A DNA stretch of 64,000 nucleotides from Candidatus Daviesbacteria bacterium (lineage in GTDB: Bacteria > Patescibacteriota > Microgenomatia > Daviesbacterales > UBA10151). The stretch's first letter is position 1; every line of letters starts with the position of its first letter. This document shows positions 55,290 through 64,000 of the stretch, in pieces. The translations under genes were made by a program, and so were the position numbers. Below the pieces are notes generated by a model. The model was not told where the DNA came from and did not search any database. It saw nothing but the letters and a program-made list of their open reading frames with translations. The stretch spans positions 11,159 through 75,158 of the forward strand of contig JAUYKM010000012.1 of assembly GCA_030699125.1 (NCBI GenBank), in the 5' to 3' direction.

Positions 55290-56221
55290 ACAACCAATTT
55301 TTTAACTGGGCGCATTTCTTCTGTAAATTTAACAAAGCCGCTGCTTTCTAAAATTTTAAATAATACCCAAAGTAGGGGATAGATTAGGATGGTTAAAAAG
55401 GAAGTAATGGAAATGAGGATTAAAAACAGCAATAATGCCAAAGCTGCCGGGATAAAATTTATATAAGGATTAACAATGGTTTCCAACTGATCCTTGACTG
55501 TTTGTTTGATAGTTTCATTTAAAACTGATTGTGGCTGGATATTTTCCTGGTTTTGGGGGATAGAGATGCTATCCAAAACAGAGGGATCAAGGCCATATTG
55601 TTCCAAAAGTTGGGGATTTTTCTTAAGAAGTTCTATTTGCTCCGGGGTAATGGAAGGTTGAGATGGGGAAGTTTTAGGAGAGACAGCTGGTAGCTGCTTC
55701 TGAGGTATTAATTTTAAACTTTCATCTATTAATTGATTCGGGATCTGAAAACCTTCTGTTTGTATTTTCTGGCTGATTGTTAAGAAATAAGTAAAGCTAA
55801 TAACTATGATGAATAAAGTAGTTAAATGTCTGATGGAGGGACCAAAAATAGAGGTTGGCTCAAAATTAACATAAGTTTTTAGGGTATTTTCCAGCGTCAC
55901 ATAGATGATGAGCAATGAAGCCAAAATGCTGGCCGCCATGATTAGTCCCATGGCCTGATCCAGCAAAAACATAGGAATAATGGCGGATAAAATTGCTATT
56001 GGAATAATAAATTTCCAATCATTGGCAAAGGAGGCAAATAGCACAAATAAAAGGGAGGTGAGTAGAATTAAAGAAGATAGTATGATCAGCTGTAAAATGG
56101 TACTTAGGGAAAATGATAAGACCAGATCATAGGAGTGAAGAAGGGCAGGAAGCTGCCAGAGAAGGATAGTAAAGACAATGATAAAAATAGGAGCGAAGAT
56201 GAGTTTTTTAACAATGGGCAT
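55286..56221 (-). CDS. Hypothetical polytopic membrane protein.
   Basis: Multiple TM segments. Confidence 0.45.
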   Translation of the reverse strand: MPIVKKLIFAPIFIIVFTILLWQLPALLHSYDLVLSFSLSTILQLIILSSLILLTSLLFVLFASFANDWKFIIPIAILSAIIPMFLLDQAMGLIMAASILASLLIIYVTLENTLKTYVNFEPTSIFGPSIRHLTTLFIIVISFTYFLTISQKIQTEGFQIPNQLIDESLKLIPQKQLPAVSPKTSPSQPSITPEQIELLKKNPQLLEQYGLDPSVLDSISIPQNQENIQPQSVLNETIKQTVKDQLETIVNPYINFIPAALALLLFLILISITSFLTILIYPLLWVLFKILESSGFVKFTEEMRPVKKLVV

Positions 56222-56238
56222 GGTAGAATTATCATAAC

Positions 56239-57066
56239 ATGAAGATCTTAGTCACGCATATTAATCCTCATTTAGATGATATTTTTGCCATCTGGCTGCT
56301 TAAAAAATATGATCCTAAATATAGTGATTTTGAAATAGATTTTATCTCTGCATCTCATGATAAAGCCTCTGAAGAAACTGAGGATAAAGTATTTGTTGGC
56401 ACAGGAGGAGGAAAGTTTGATGAGCATAAAGAGGGACTCAAAACTTGTGCCGGCTCCTTAGTTTTTGATCATTTAAAACAAGCAGGGTTGTTGCCCAAAG
56501 ATGAGCTGGAAGTAAAAGCCTTAGAGGAGGCAGTGGAGTGGAATAAAAAAATTGATATGGGTACTATTCCAATTGAGGCTTATGATGAATTTTCCGTACC
56601 TGCTTTTATCAGAAGCAAAGATAATAAAAAGGAAAGCTCTTTAAAGGATGTAGAGTTGGGATCTAAAATTTTAGAGCGGATTATGGAAGGCTTAAAAAGA
56701 AAACAGCAATCTTTAAAGGATTGGGAGGGGAGAGTGGAGTTTGAATCTAAATTCGGCAAATCTATTGCGGTAAAATCAGATACCATTGACCGGCCGTTTT
56801 GTAAAAGAATGGCTCGCTTCGCGAAGCAAGGAGGAGATTTGTTTTTACTATTGGCCCCCAGATATCATGGAGTACAATATTTTACTCCTTCCCAGAATTT
56901 GGATCTGAGTCCCATTTATGAAAAGGTGAAGAGTATGGATTCGGAAGCTGACTGGTTCCTGCATCAGTCCCATCATATGGTTTTATGCGGTTCATCAGCT
57001 GCCCCGGATGCAAAACCCACAAAACTTACCTTTGAGCAGTTAATTGAAGTAGCAAAGTCTATTTAA
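56239..57066 (+). CDS. MYG1/UPF0160-like metal-dependent hydrolase (tentative).
   Basis: N-terminal VTHINPHLDDIFAIWLL resembles the MYG1 signature. Confidence 0.4.
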   Translation: MKILVTHINPHLDDIFAIWLLKKYDPKYSDFEIDFISASHDKASEETEDKVFVGTGGGKFDEHKEGLKTCAGSLVFDHLKQAGLLPKDELEVKALEEAVEWNKKIDMGTIPIEAYDEFSVPAFIRSKDNKKESSLKDVELGSKILERIMEGLKRKQQSLKDWEGRVEFESKFGKSIAVKSDTIDRPFCKRMARFAKQGGDLFLLLAPRYHGVQYFTPSQNLDLSPIYEKVKSMDSEADWFLHQSHHMVLCGSSAAPDAKPTKLTFEQLIEVAKSI

Positions 57067-57082
57067 GTGCTATACTGATGAT

Positions 57083-57664
57083 ATGAGTTTAGGCTTAATC
57101 CTCAATATCCTTATTAGACTTTCTATTCTTTATTTTTTAGGAGAAGTTTTACTTTTTCCGGATGATCCCAGATTTGCCGGGAAAGCTATTCCTATAAGGA
57201 ACTTTATAATTGTTATTTCTTTAAGTCTTTTATTTCCTGCTTTTTATTTTCTCAAAAATCATTTAAAAACAACTTATTTATGGATCCCCGCTTTCGCGGG
57301 GATGACATGGAAGAGGTATCCTTTTTGGCTGGATAATTTATACCTGTCCATTTTCTGGCTAGATATGGCTGGGAATTCCTTTAACTTATATGACAGTTAT
57401 TTTTATTTTGACTTAATTCCGCACTTTCATTCCACAGCTGCCTTGGCAGTAGTACTTCTAGGAGCCTTTGGCTTTTCTTTCTGGGGAGGAGTGGGCCTTG
57501 CCAACATCATCCATATGCTTTTGGAGGCTCAGGAATATTATACGGATATATTTTTGGGTACCCACAATGTCCGGGGGCTTTTTGATACTGTTAATGATTT
57601 AATGGTGGGGCTTTTGGGAACTGTGATTTATGGTCTAATCTTAATTAAATGGCGTAAGAGATGA
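57083..57664 (+). CDS. Hypothetical membrane protein containing an in-frame palindromic repeat unit.
   Basis: The ORF runs through repeat 57282-57306, which encodes WIPAFAGMTW. Confidence 0.45.
   Translation: MSLGLILNILIRLSILYFLGEVLLFPDDPRFAGKAIPIRNFIIVISLSLLFPAFYFLKNHLKTTYLWIPAFAGMTWKRYPFWLDNLYLSIFWLDMAGNSFNLYDSYFYFDLIPHFHSTAALAVVLLGAFGFSFWGGVGLANIIHMLLEAQEYYTDIFLGTHNVRGLFDTVNDLMVGLLGTVIYGLILIKWRKR
57282..57306. repeat. Solo hairpin unit GGATCCCCGC-TTTC-GCGGGGATGAC of the palindromic element family, inside a coding sequence.
   Basis: Read directly. Confidence 0.5.
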
Positions 57665-57677
57665 TATGGTTCCAATT

Positions 57678-57748
57678 GTCATCCCTGCGGAGGCAGGGAT
57701 CCATTTAATAAAGATGGTTAATTAGATTCCCGCATATGCGGGAATGAC
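57678..57748. repeat. Palindromic miniature element (intergenic): GTCATCCCTGC-GGAG-GCAGGGATCC ... GATTCCCGC-ATAT-GCGGGAATGAC.
   Basis: Two opposed hairpin units forming a ~70-bp imperfect palindrome. Confidence 0.6.
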
Positions 57749-57759
57749 AGGAAAAAGCG

Positions 57760-58806
57760 ATGTGGAGAAGTAAATATCTAGTTTTATTTCTATTACTGAT
57801 TATTCTCGCTGGTGTGATCTTCCAAAAACAGCTCTCTACTCATCTTAAAATCATCCTTTTTATTACAGAAGAGTTTCCTCAGATTCCTGTTAAACCATTA
57901 GGGCTTATCACTCAATCTCCGCAACATGAGTGGGTGGAATTTGATCCGCCAGCTGGCGGAGGTAAGGTGGTGGCAGATCTTTATATCCCCCATGCCGCAT
58001 ATGTAAAGGATAGATCAGCTGTTATTTTGGCTATGGGGGTGAAGACCGATGAAAAAAACAAGACATTAATCCGGCATTTTGCAGATACTATGGCCAGATT
58101 AGGGTATGTAGTACTTTGGCCCAGGCTGGAAGTTTTGGATAAAGGACAATCTTTACCTGAGGAGCCAGCCACTTTTGTAGAAGGCTTTAAATACTTGCAA
58201 AACTTATGTTATTTTGACCTGTCATCCCTGCGAATGCAGGGATCCAATAAACAAGACTCTAGTTCGAAATTGGATTCCCGCCTACGCGGGAATGACAATT
58301 GTGAAGTTGACACAATAAGAATATCCTTTGTGGGTTTCTCTGCTGGTTCATCAATTGCTTTTGTGGCCTCATCAAATCCTGAAATCTCTGATAAAGTGCA
58401 TGCTTTGGTCTTTTTTGGCGGATATTTTAATATTTTTGATTATCTCGCGGCTTTAGATGGAGAAACTCCCTGGATCCCACACCCGGATGCTGTAAGTCAT
58501 GCCAAAACTTTACTGGTAGCCAAGGGAGTATCTTCTTCCTCAGCCCAACTAAACCAATATTCTCCCCAAGAATTTGTGTCTAATTTTAAGGCCAGATTAT
58601 TTATCCTGCATGATAAATCCGATACTTTTGTGCCGTATTTAGAATCTGAAAAATTATCTCAGGCTTTACCAAAAGAGAGCATTGGAGCATATGCGATTAC
58701 TGATCTTTTTGAACATGTCCAGCCAAATAGAGCATTAACAAGGGAAAATATCCAGGAACTTTTTAAATTATATAATTTTCTTTACAAAACCTTGATCTTT
58801 ATCTAA
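57760..58806 (+). CDS. Alpha/beta-hydrolase-like protein (GFSAGS elbow) with an in-frame palindromic element.
   Basis: The ORF reads through 58221-58296, which encodes ...SSLRMQGSNKQDSSSKLDSRLRGNDN... Confidence 0.5.
   Translation: MWRSKYLVLFLLLIILAGVIFQKQLSTHLKIILFITEEFPQIPVKPLGLITQSPQHEWVEFDPPAGGGKVVADLYIPHAAYVKDRSAVILAMGVKTDEKNKTLIRHFADTMARLGYVVLWPRLEVLDKGQSLPEEPATFVEGFKYLQNLCYFDLSSLRMQGSNKQDSSSKLDSRLRGNDNCEVDTIRISFVGFSAGSSIAFVASSNPEISDKVHALVFFGGYFNIFDYLAALDGETPWIPHPDAVSHAKTLLVAKGVSSSSAQLNQYSPQEFVSNFKARLFILHDKSDTFVPYLESEKLSQALPKESIGAYAITDLFEHVQPNRALTRENIQELFKLYNFLYKTLIFI
58221..58296. repeat. Palindromic miniature element inside a coding sequence.
   Basis: GTCATCCCTGC-GAAT-GCAGGGATCCAAT...ATTGGATTCCCGC-CTAC-GCGGGAATGAC. 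Confidence 0.6.
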
Positions 58807-58817
58807 TATAGAAACCG

Positions 58818-59420
58818 GTGAATAAGTTTATCGCTAATATAATTTTCTTTTCTTTATTTTTGGCTTTTTGGCATACTCCTGGATATGCCATAGAGAATCA
58901 GTCCGATCGGGTAATTGTGAAATTTAGATCTCATATTGCGCAATCAGAAAGGGCGACTCTTTTAAAAAGTTTTGGGTTGTCAAAATCTGAGCAGTTAAAA
59001 CTGGCTGATACTTTAGTCTTGCAGGTTCCAAAAAATAAAGCAGATGATTTGGCAGCCAAATTCTCAAAAAATCCTCTAATAGAATATGCGGAAAAAGATA
59101 ACCTGGCTTATGCTTTGGATTTTCCCAATGATCCCCTATATCCCAGTCAATGGGGCTTGAGTAAAATTGAAGCAGAGGGAGGGTGGAGCACTACTCATGG
59201 ATCAAACAGTGTGAGAATTGCCATTACCGATACTGGAATTGACGGTACTCATCCTGATTTGGCAGGGAAAATTGTGGCCTCTGTTGATTGTACCAACTCT
59301 TGTGTGTCAGTTAATCCCACTGATGGTGATGGTCATGGTACTCATGTGGCCGGCATTGCCTCTGCCACAACCAATAATGACCTGGGGGTGGCAGGAGTAG
59401 GCTATGACCACACTTCTTAA
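58818..59420 (+). pseudogene. S8 subtilisin fragment (propeptide + Asp/His regions only), truncated.
   Basis: ITDTGIDGTHPDL (Asp) and GHGTHVAGIA (His) are present. No Ser-motif region exists. The reading frame is overtaken by the 59404 gene. Confidence 0.55.
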
Positions 59421-60309
59421 CAAACTACAAACGCATTTAAAGTTGCAAACTAATTTAAAAACTGATACAAAATACCTGATGGTAAAGCCAACTAAAATTA
59501 CAATTTTTGAAGGAAGAAAAATACGTAGACATTGGGATGGAAAAAAAGAAAAGTGGTATTTTTCAGTTGTAGATATCGTTCAGATATTATCTAATCAAGT
59601 TGATTTCACTAAAGCTCGTAAGTATTGGAATAAGTTAGCAGAAAGACTTAGAACGGAAGGGAGTGAAGCGGTGACAAAATGTCACCAGTTGAGAATGCTG
59701 GCAGCAGACGGCAAAATGCGCTTAACTGATGTTGCAGATACAGAAACTATGTTTCGGATTATCCAAGCCATCCCTTCCCCTAATGCTGAACCATTAAAAC
59801 TCTGGCTTGCCAGAGTGGGTTTCGAACGGGTTGAAGAATTAGAAGATCCGGAGAAAGCTATTCAACGGGCATTGAGATTTTACCTTAAACGAGGTTATTC
59901 TCAAAATTGGGTAAATCAAAGATTAAAAAGTATTGAGATTAGAAAAGAGTTAACTGATGAATGGGAAGAAAGGGGAGTTGAAGAAAGCAACCAATTTGCA
60001 ACCCTCACTGATGAAATTACTTTTGCCTGGGCGGGAATGAGAACCAAAGATTATAAAAAATATAAAAACCTTAAAAAAGAAAACCTGCGGGATAATATGA
60101 CTAATCTAGAACTTGTTTTAAATATGCTTGCAGAAGTTTCAACAACAGAAATCTCTAAAAAAGTAGAGCCAAAGGATTTCGAAGAGAATAAAAAAGTAGC
60201 GAAAGAGGGAGGATCAATTGCAGGCTTGGCAAAAAGAAGATTAGAATCTAAACTTAAGAAAAAAGTGGTAACAAAATTAAACGCCAAAAACTTGGGACTT
60301 TTGGAATGA
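59404..60309 (+). CDS. Bro-N/DinD-like domain protein (phage antirepressor-like).
   Basis: KITIFEGRKIRRHWDGKKEKWYFSVVDIVQIL resembles a Bro-N domain. Lys-rich C-terminus. Confidence 0.5.
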   Translation: MTTLLNKLQTHLKLQTNLKTDTKYLMVKPTKITIFEGRKIRRHWDGKKEKWYFSVVDIVQILSNQVDFTKARKYWNKLAERLRTEGSEAVTKCHQLRMLAADGKMRLTDVADTETMFRIIQAIPSPNAEPLKLWLARVGFERVEELEDPEKAIQRALRFYLKRGYSQNWVNQRLKSIEIRKELTDEWEERGVEESNQFATLTDEITFAWAGMRTKDYKKYKNLKKENLRDNMTNLELVLNMLAEVSTTEISKKVEPKDFEENKKVAKEGGSIAGLAKRRLESKLKKKVVTKLNAKNLGLLE

Positions 60310-60420
60310 AAAAAACAAATGAGCATTTAAAAGATCCAAGAAAACGTTTTTCCTCTGGAATGAGCCATAAGTAGCTAATTTCTTTCAAAATGCAACTACT
60401 TCCTGTGATATAATACAAAT

Positions 60421-60666
60421 ATGAAAAAGTATATTACTTCCAAACCTGATGTGATGGGTGGTGCACCTTGTATTCTTGGAACCAGAATACCTGTTGATGT
60501 TATTTTATATCGCCTCAAAGAAGGGTATACTCTAAAAGACCTTCATAAAATGTATCCTTGGGTTGAGCTAAAAAAATTTGAGGGAGCACTTGAGGAGCTA
60601 GCAAGTAAAGTTAACACTCTTAAAGATGACCAAGAGGTTTTACAAACACAAACTACTGCTGGATGA
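60421..60666 (+). CDS. DUF433-family small protein (antitoxin-like).
   Basis: GGAPCILGTRIPVDVILYRLKEGYTLKDL...YP pattern. Promoter -10 TATAAT at ~60407. Confidence 0.6.
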   Translation: MKKYITSKPDVMGGAPCILGTRIPVDVILYRLKEGYTLKDLHKMYPWVELKKFEGALEELASKVNTLKDDQEVLQTQTTAG

Positions 60667-60815
60667 GAATTTTCCAGTCCGTTCATACTTCCCTAACCTA
60701 AATAAAAGGCATGATGTCAAACATCTGACTAAAGATTCTCAAAATCTAGCTAATAAAGCCTTCTGGGATAATCCATAGATCTTCTCATTGACAAGGCTCT
60801 ATTTTTTCCTCTAAC

Positions 60816-61736
60816 ATGATATTAATGCCCACTTCAACTACGTTCAGTGCAGGTCAAAGAGGAATTATTCATATCCCCATTATCATAGTATTTTTACTGG
60901 CTCTCGGTTTGATGGTGGTAGGTAATGTCCAGACTACCACTGAGTATGATCCAGGTGATGTTCAAGGATTAATTGCCAAAGGCGGAGAAAACAGCGGCAA
61001 AGGATCTGAAAATAGAGGAGGTCCTCCTGAGGAAGTTAGAATTAAGCAAGAAATTAGAACAGCTGATCAGGAGATTAAGAGGGAAATTAGAGAGGATAGA
61101 GTAAGAGTAGATGTTTCTCAAAGCAATGCCAAAAGTAAAATTCACAGACAAAATAATGAAATTATCATTCAAACTGAAGTAGAGAGTGAAATTGAAGATG
61201 AGGCAACTGAATCAGCTGATGATGATGATGATGAAGATGAAGATGAAGATGAAGAGACTGAGGTAGTAGCAGAGCTTCGGGCCATTTCCAAGTTTCCTTT
61301 AAGGATTGATACCTCCACCAATCAACTAATCATGACCAAAAATGGAGTAGAGAGAGTATTAACTATCTTGCCTGCTCATGCTGTGCAAAATATGTTGAGA
61401 GCCCACCTTAAAAAGGGTTTAGGTCCCAAGTTTTTTGAAGGTGCCACGCCTTCTGCCACGCCAGAGGGTAGCCCTTCAGCTTCACCCTCCGCCTCACCAA
61501 CTGAGGAGCCTGAGGCAACTGAGTCAGCAGAGTTGACTATTCTGGAAAGTGATATCAGTTTGGAAGAGCTAGATAGCCAGATAGTCTATAAAATCCCAGC
61601 TAAAAAACACTTAAAAGTATTAGGATTTATTCCAATTAATACAGATTTAACAGGCTATGTCTCAGCAGAAACCGGAATACTTTTGGAGGAGAGACAGTCA
61701 TTTTGGGCCAGACTATTAGATTTATTATCCCCCTAA
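60816..61736 (+). CDS. Hypothetical secreted protein with a poly-acidic (DDDDDEDEDEDEE) region.
   Basis: TM/signal at the N-terminus. The C-terminus is paralogous to the 35368 protein. Confidence 0.5.
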   Translation: MILMPTSTTFSAGQRGIIHIPIIIVFLLALGLMVVGNVQTTTEYDPGDVQGLIAKGGENSGKGSENRGGPPEEVRIKQEIRTADQEIKREIREDRVRVDVSQSNAKSKIHRQNNEIIIQTEVESEIEDEATESADDDDDEDEDEDEETEVVAELRAISKFPLRIDTSTNQLIMTKNGVERVLTILPAHAVQNMLRAHLKKGLGPKFFEGATPSATPEGSPSASPSASPTEEPEATESAELTILESDISLEELDSQIVYKIPAKKHLKVLGFIPINTDLTGYVSAETGILLEERQSFWARLLDLLSP

Positions 61737-61745
61737 ATTAGTGTT

Positions 61746-61850
61746 GTCATTCCCGCCCGCTTCGCCGAAGCTCCAGCGAGGCGAGCGTATGCGGGAATCC
61801 AATTCCGACCAAGAGGTTATTAATTGGATCCCTGCATTCGCAGGGATGAC
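61746..61850. repeat. Palindromic miniature element (intergenic, long-loop variant).
   Basis: GTCATTCCCGC-(40-nt loop)-GCGGGAATCCAAT...ATTGGATCCCTGC-ATTC-GCAGGGATGAC. Confidence 0.6.
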
Positions 61851-61859
61851 GAAGAAGTT

Positions 61860-62240
61860 TTAAACATTAATAGATTTTCCACCTTCTGAAGTGGCCAACC
61901 CAAGAGCAAAGTAATCTACATCTTCCTGACCTAAGTTTTCAAAAGTGTGTACCTGGCCTTCTTTGGCAATCACCATATCCCCTTTTTCCAAAATAGCTTC
62001 CTCATTATCTATTTTGGCCTTAACACGGCCATTCATCATGATAAATACCTCAATCATAGACTCATGATAGTGCGGTTCAAATTTTTTACCCACGGGGATG
62101 CGGGCCCAATTAATCATCTGAATCTTTCCATAAGGTAAATCACCTGTTTTAAGAAGAACTTTTTTTAAAGCTCCCGGATTTTTAGGATCCTCATGTGAGG
62201 CTGGAATAAAATCCAACTCCTTGAAGCGGACTATTTTCAT
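61860..62240 (-). CDS. Cupin-domain protein.
   Basis: Cupin_2-like G(x)5HxH..E / G..P...H pattern (HYHESMIEV...GQVHTFEN). Confidence 0.6.
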   Translation of the reverse strand: MKIVRFKELDFIPASHEDPKNPGALKKVLLKTGDLPYGKIQMINWARIPVGKKFEPHYHESMIEVFIMMNGRVKAKIDNEEAILEKGDMVIAKEGQVHTFENLGQEDVDYFALGLATSEGGKSINV

Positions 62241-62258
62241 GAGTTATAATTATAACCT

Positions 62259-62453
62259 ATGTGTTACAACTGTGGATGCGGGATGCCGGATGATGATATG
62301 GGGCAAGGCAATGCCGGAGTAGATCCGCATGGTAAATCTATTACCAATAAAACCTTTAAAGCTGCGGCCGAGTCCCAGGGCATGGCTGAGGAAGATGCCA
62401 AAAAATTCACTTTGGAGATGCTACAAAAAGAACTGGGGCAAAAAAAGGAATAA
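62259..62453 (+). CDS. Small Cys-rich protein (CYNCGCGMPDD), 64 aa.
   Basis: ORF only. Confidence 0.3.
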   Translation: MCYNCGCGMPDDDMGQGNAGVDPHGKSITNKTFKAAAESQGMAEEDAKKFTLEMLQKELGQKKE

Positions 62454-62471
62454 TTCTGCTAGAATTAGGGC

Positions 62472-63650
62472 ATGAGAGTAGCTTTGGTCCATGATTTTTT
62501 GGTGGAATACGGAGGCGGGGAAAGGGTGTTGGAGGCTTTAGCCGAGATTTTCCCTGATGCTTCTATCTATACTGCCTATTTTAACCCTGATGGATTTGGT
62601 CCGCACAAAGATAGGATCAAATCATGGAATATTAAAACCTCATGGTTGCAGTTTTTTCCCAGGAAATTAATCTCTCCATTTAGGATTTTTGCCGCCCAAA
62701 TCTTTGAAAATTTTGATCTGTCAGCATATGATTTGGTAATTTCCTCTTGTAATACTTATTTTGCTAAAGCTGTTAAGGTGAGGAATGGGGCTTTGCATAT
62801 CAGCTATATCCATACACCACCCCGCTATTTATATGGATATACCACTTCTTTTAATTATAAAAAAAATCCGCTCACCAGAGTGTTGGGGGAGCTGGCTAAC
62901 CATTTTTTACGAATTAAAGATTTTGAGGTTTCTCAGAGGCCGGATATTTTAGTGGCCAACTCTAAAGAAGTTCAGGCAAGAATTAAGAAGTTTTACAGAA
63001 GAGATAGTGTGGTCATTTATCCACCGGTTGATCTTATGTCATTCCCGCGAACCAAGGCAGACTTGGGAATGCGGGAATCCAATAAAAAGAATATTTATGG
63101 ATCCCGGATCAAGTCCGGGATGACAGAAGGTAAATATTTTCTTTCTGTGGGGAGGTTGGTAAGAGGAAAAGGGATAGATATTATAATTGAGGCTTGTGTA
63201 AGATTAGGATTACCACTTAAAGTGGTAGGGAGTGGACCGGAAAGGGAGAATTTAGAATCTAGAATTAAGAATCAAGGTTATAAAAACATAGAGTTTTTGG
63301 GGCAGGTTTCCGATCGTGAGTTGCCTAAATTATATGCGGGAGCTAAAGCTACTATTGTAGCATCAGAAGATGAGGATTTTGGTATAACCTCAATTGAGGC
63401 CCAAGCCGCAGGGACACCGGTGATAGCTCCGGCATCTGGTGGATTTTTGGAAACTGTGATAGATGGTAAAACCGGACTTTTGTATGGAGGCCCTGGGATG
63501 GTTAATGCAGATTCTCTAATCGGGGTATTAAGGGAGTTCAGGGAGGACCAATTTAAATCAGAAGATTTGCGCAAAAATGCTGAAAAATTCTCTAAAGAGA
63601 GATTTAAAAAGGAAATATTGGAGTTAGTAGAGAAGAATTTGAGGGCTTGA
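62472..63650 (+). CDS. GT4-family glycosyltransferase carrying an in-frame palindromic element.
   Basis: EDFGITSIEAQAAGTPVIA (EX7E). The ORF reads through 63038-63124, which encodes ...SFPRTKADLGMRESNKKNIYGSRIKSGMTE... Confidence 0.75.
   Translation: MRVALVHDFLVEYGGGERVLEALAEIFPDASIYTAYFNPDGFGPHKDRIKSWNIKTSWLQFFPRKLISPFRIFAAQIFENFDLSAYDLVISSCNTYFAKAVKVRNGALHISYIHTPPRYLYGYTTSFNYKKNPLTRVLGELANHFLRIKDFEVSQRPDILVANSKEVQARIKKFYRRDSVVIYPPVDLMSFPRTKADLGMRESNKKNIYGSRIKSGMTEGKYFLSVGRLVRGKGIDIIIEACVRLGLPLKVVGSGPERENLESRIKNQGYKNIEFLGQVSDRELPKLYAGAKATIVASEDEDFGITSIEAQAAGTPVIAPASGGFLETVIDGKTGLLYGGPGMVNADSLIGVLREFREDQFKSEDLRKNAEKFSKERFKKEILELVEKNLRA
63038..63124. repeat. Palindromic miniature element inside a coding sequence.
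   Basis: GTCATTCCCGC-(22-nt loop)-GCGGGAATCCAAT...GGATCCCGGA-TCAAGT-TCCGGGATGAC. The length seen is about 87 bp. Confidence 0.6.
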
Positions 63651-63677
63651 TAAATATATCAAATTTGATATAATTAA

Positions 63678-64000
63678 AATGGAATTTGAAATAATCTTTT
63701 ATAAGCAAGCTTCTCAGCGAAGCTTACAGTTTGCTGATAGAGATAATTCTTATAAGAGTCCAATAGAAGAGTTTTTAGTTGAATTGGAAAAAAGTAATCT
63801 GAGGTTGGTGTTTAAGACAAGGGAAGCAATTGAGAGGTTAAGAAACAGAGCTTATCATAAAGAGCCTTTTTCAAAACATATAGAGGTTGGATTATGGGAA
63901 TTAAGAGTTAAATCGGGTACAGATATTTTAAGGATTTTTTATACATTTGAAAAAGGGAGAATAATAATTTTGTTGCATATTTTTATAAAGAAAAAACAAA
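63678..64000 (+). CDS. Gp49/HigB-like (RelE/ParE superfamily) toxin, partial at the window end.
   Basis: MEFEIIFYKQASQRSLQFADRDNSYKSPIEEFLVELEK...GLWELRVKSGTDILRIFYTFEKGRIIILLHIFIKKKQ matches the Phage_gp49_66 pattern. Hand translated. Confidence 0.5.

Overview
This 64 kb window looks like a chromosomal segment of a small-genome, AT-leaning bacterium. A Candidate Phyla Radiation (Patescibacteria)-type organism is my guess only, based on compact genes, a PolA with no proofreading domain, four-helix-bundle cassettes, many toxin-antitoxin pairs and tRNA features. Housekeeping genes (ftsH, polA, trpS, trxB, msrA, sucC/sucD-like, subtilisins, glycosyltransferases) are interleaved with a dense accessory layer:
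- An island at ~1-11.2 kb: a truncated large serine recombinase, an iteron-like repeat cluster, four unknown genes sharing a 'GGAWAACTATG' start context, an excisionase-like HTH, a complete Type I R-M operon (hsdR-hsdM-hsdS) with a tightly coupled unknown 384-aa gene, and a Fic-like protein with a degenerate active-site motif and a palindromic operator.
- A tRNA-Met(CAU)-type gene split by a ~248-nt group I-like intron, flanked by a LAGLIDADG-like gene and a GIY-YIG gene. A second tRNA(CAU) and a tRNA with anticodon UAU are also present.
- Five toxin-antitoxin cassettes (RelB/YafQ, RelE-like pair, two BrnT/BrnA pairs plus an orphan BrnA, a small RHH). Three of them sit at the ends of trxB, sucD and trpS, each flanked by a diverged duplicate of that gene's end.
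- A GTAACAAGT repeat array plus a conserved 33-nt leader that sits directly in front of two unrelated start codons.
- Six copies of a ~75-105 bp palindromic miniature element (termini GTCATyCC...GGrATGAC); three copies are in frame inside ORFs and one supplies the stop codon of sucC.
- A NiSOD (sodN) plus maturation protease (sodX) pair.
- A sucC-sucD-short citrate-synthase-like trio, possibly citryl-CoA synthetase/lyase.
- A riboswitch-like leader, two pseudogenes (frameshifted O-antigen ligase; S8 protease truncated by a Bro-N gene), and a TraD/VirD4-like ATPase next to tRNA(UAU) and a tyrosine recombinase.
Hand-derived coordinates may be off by 1-2 nt. Product calls rest on motif recognition only; no searches were run.
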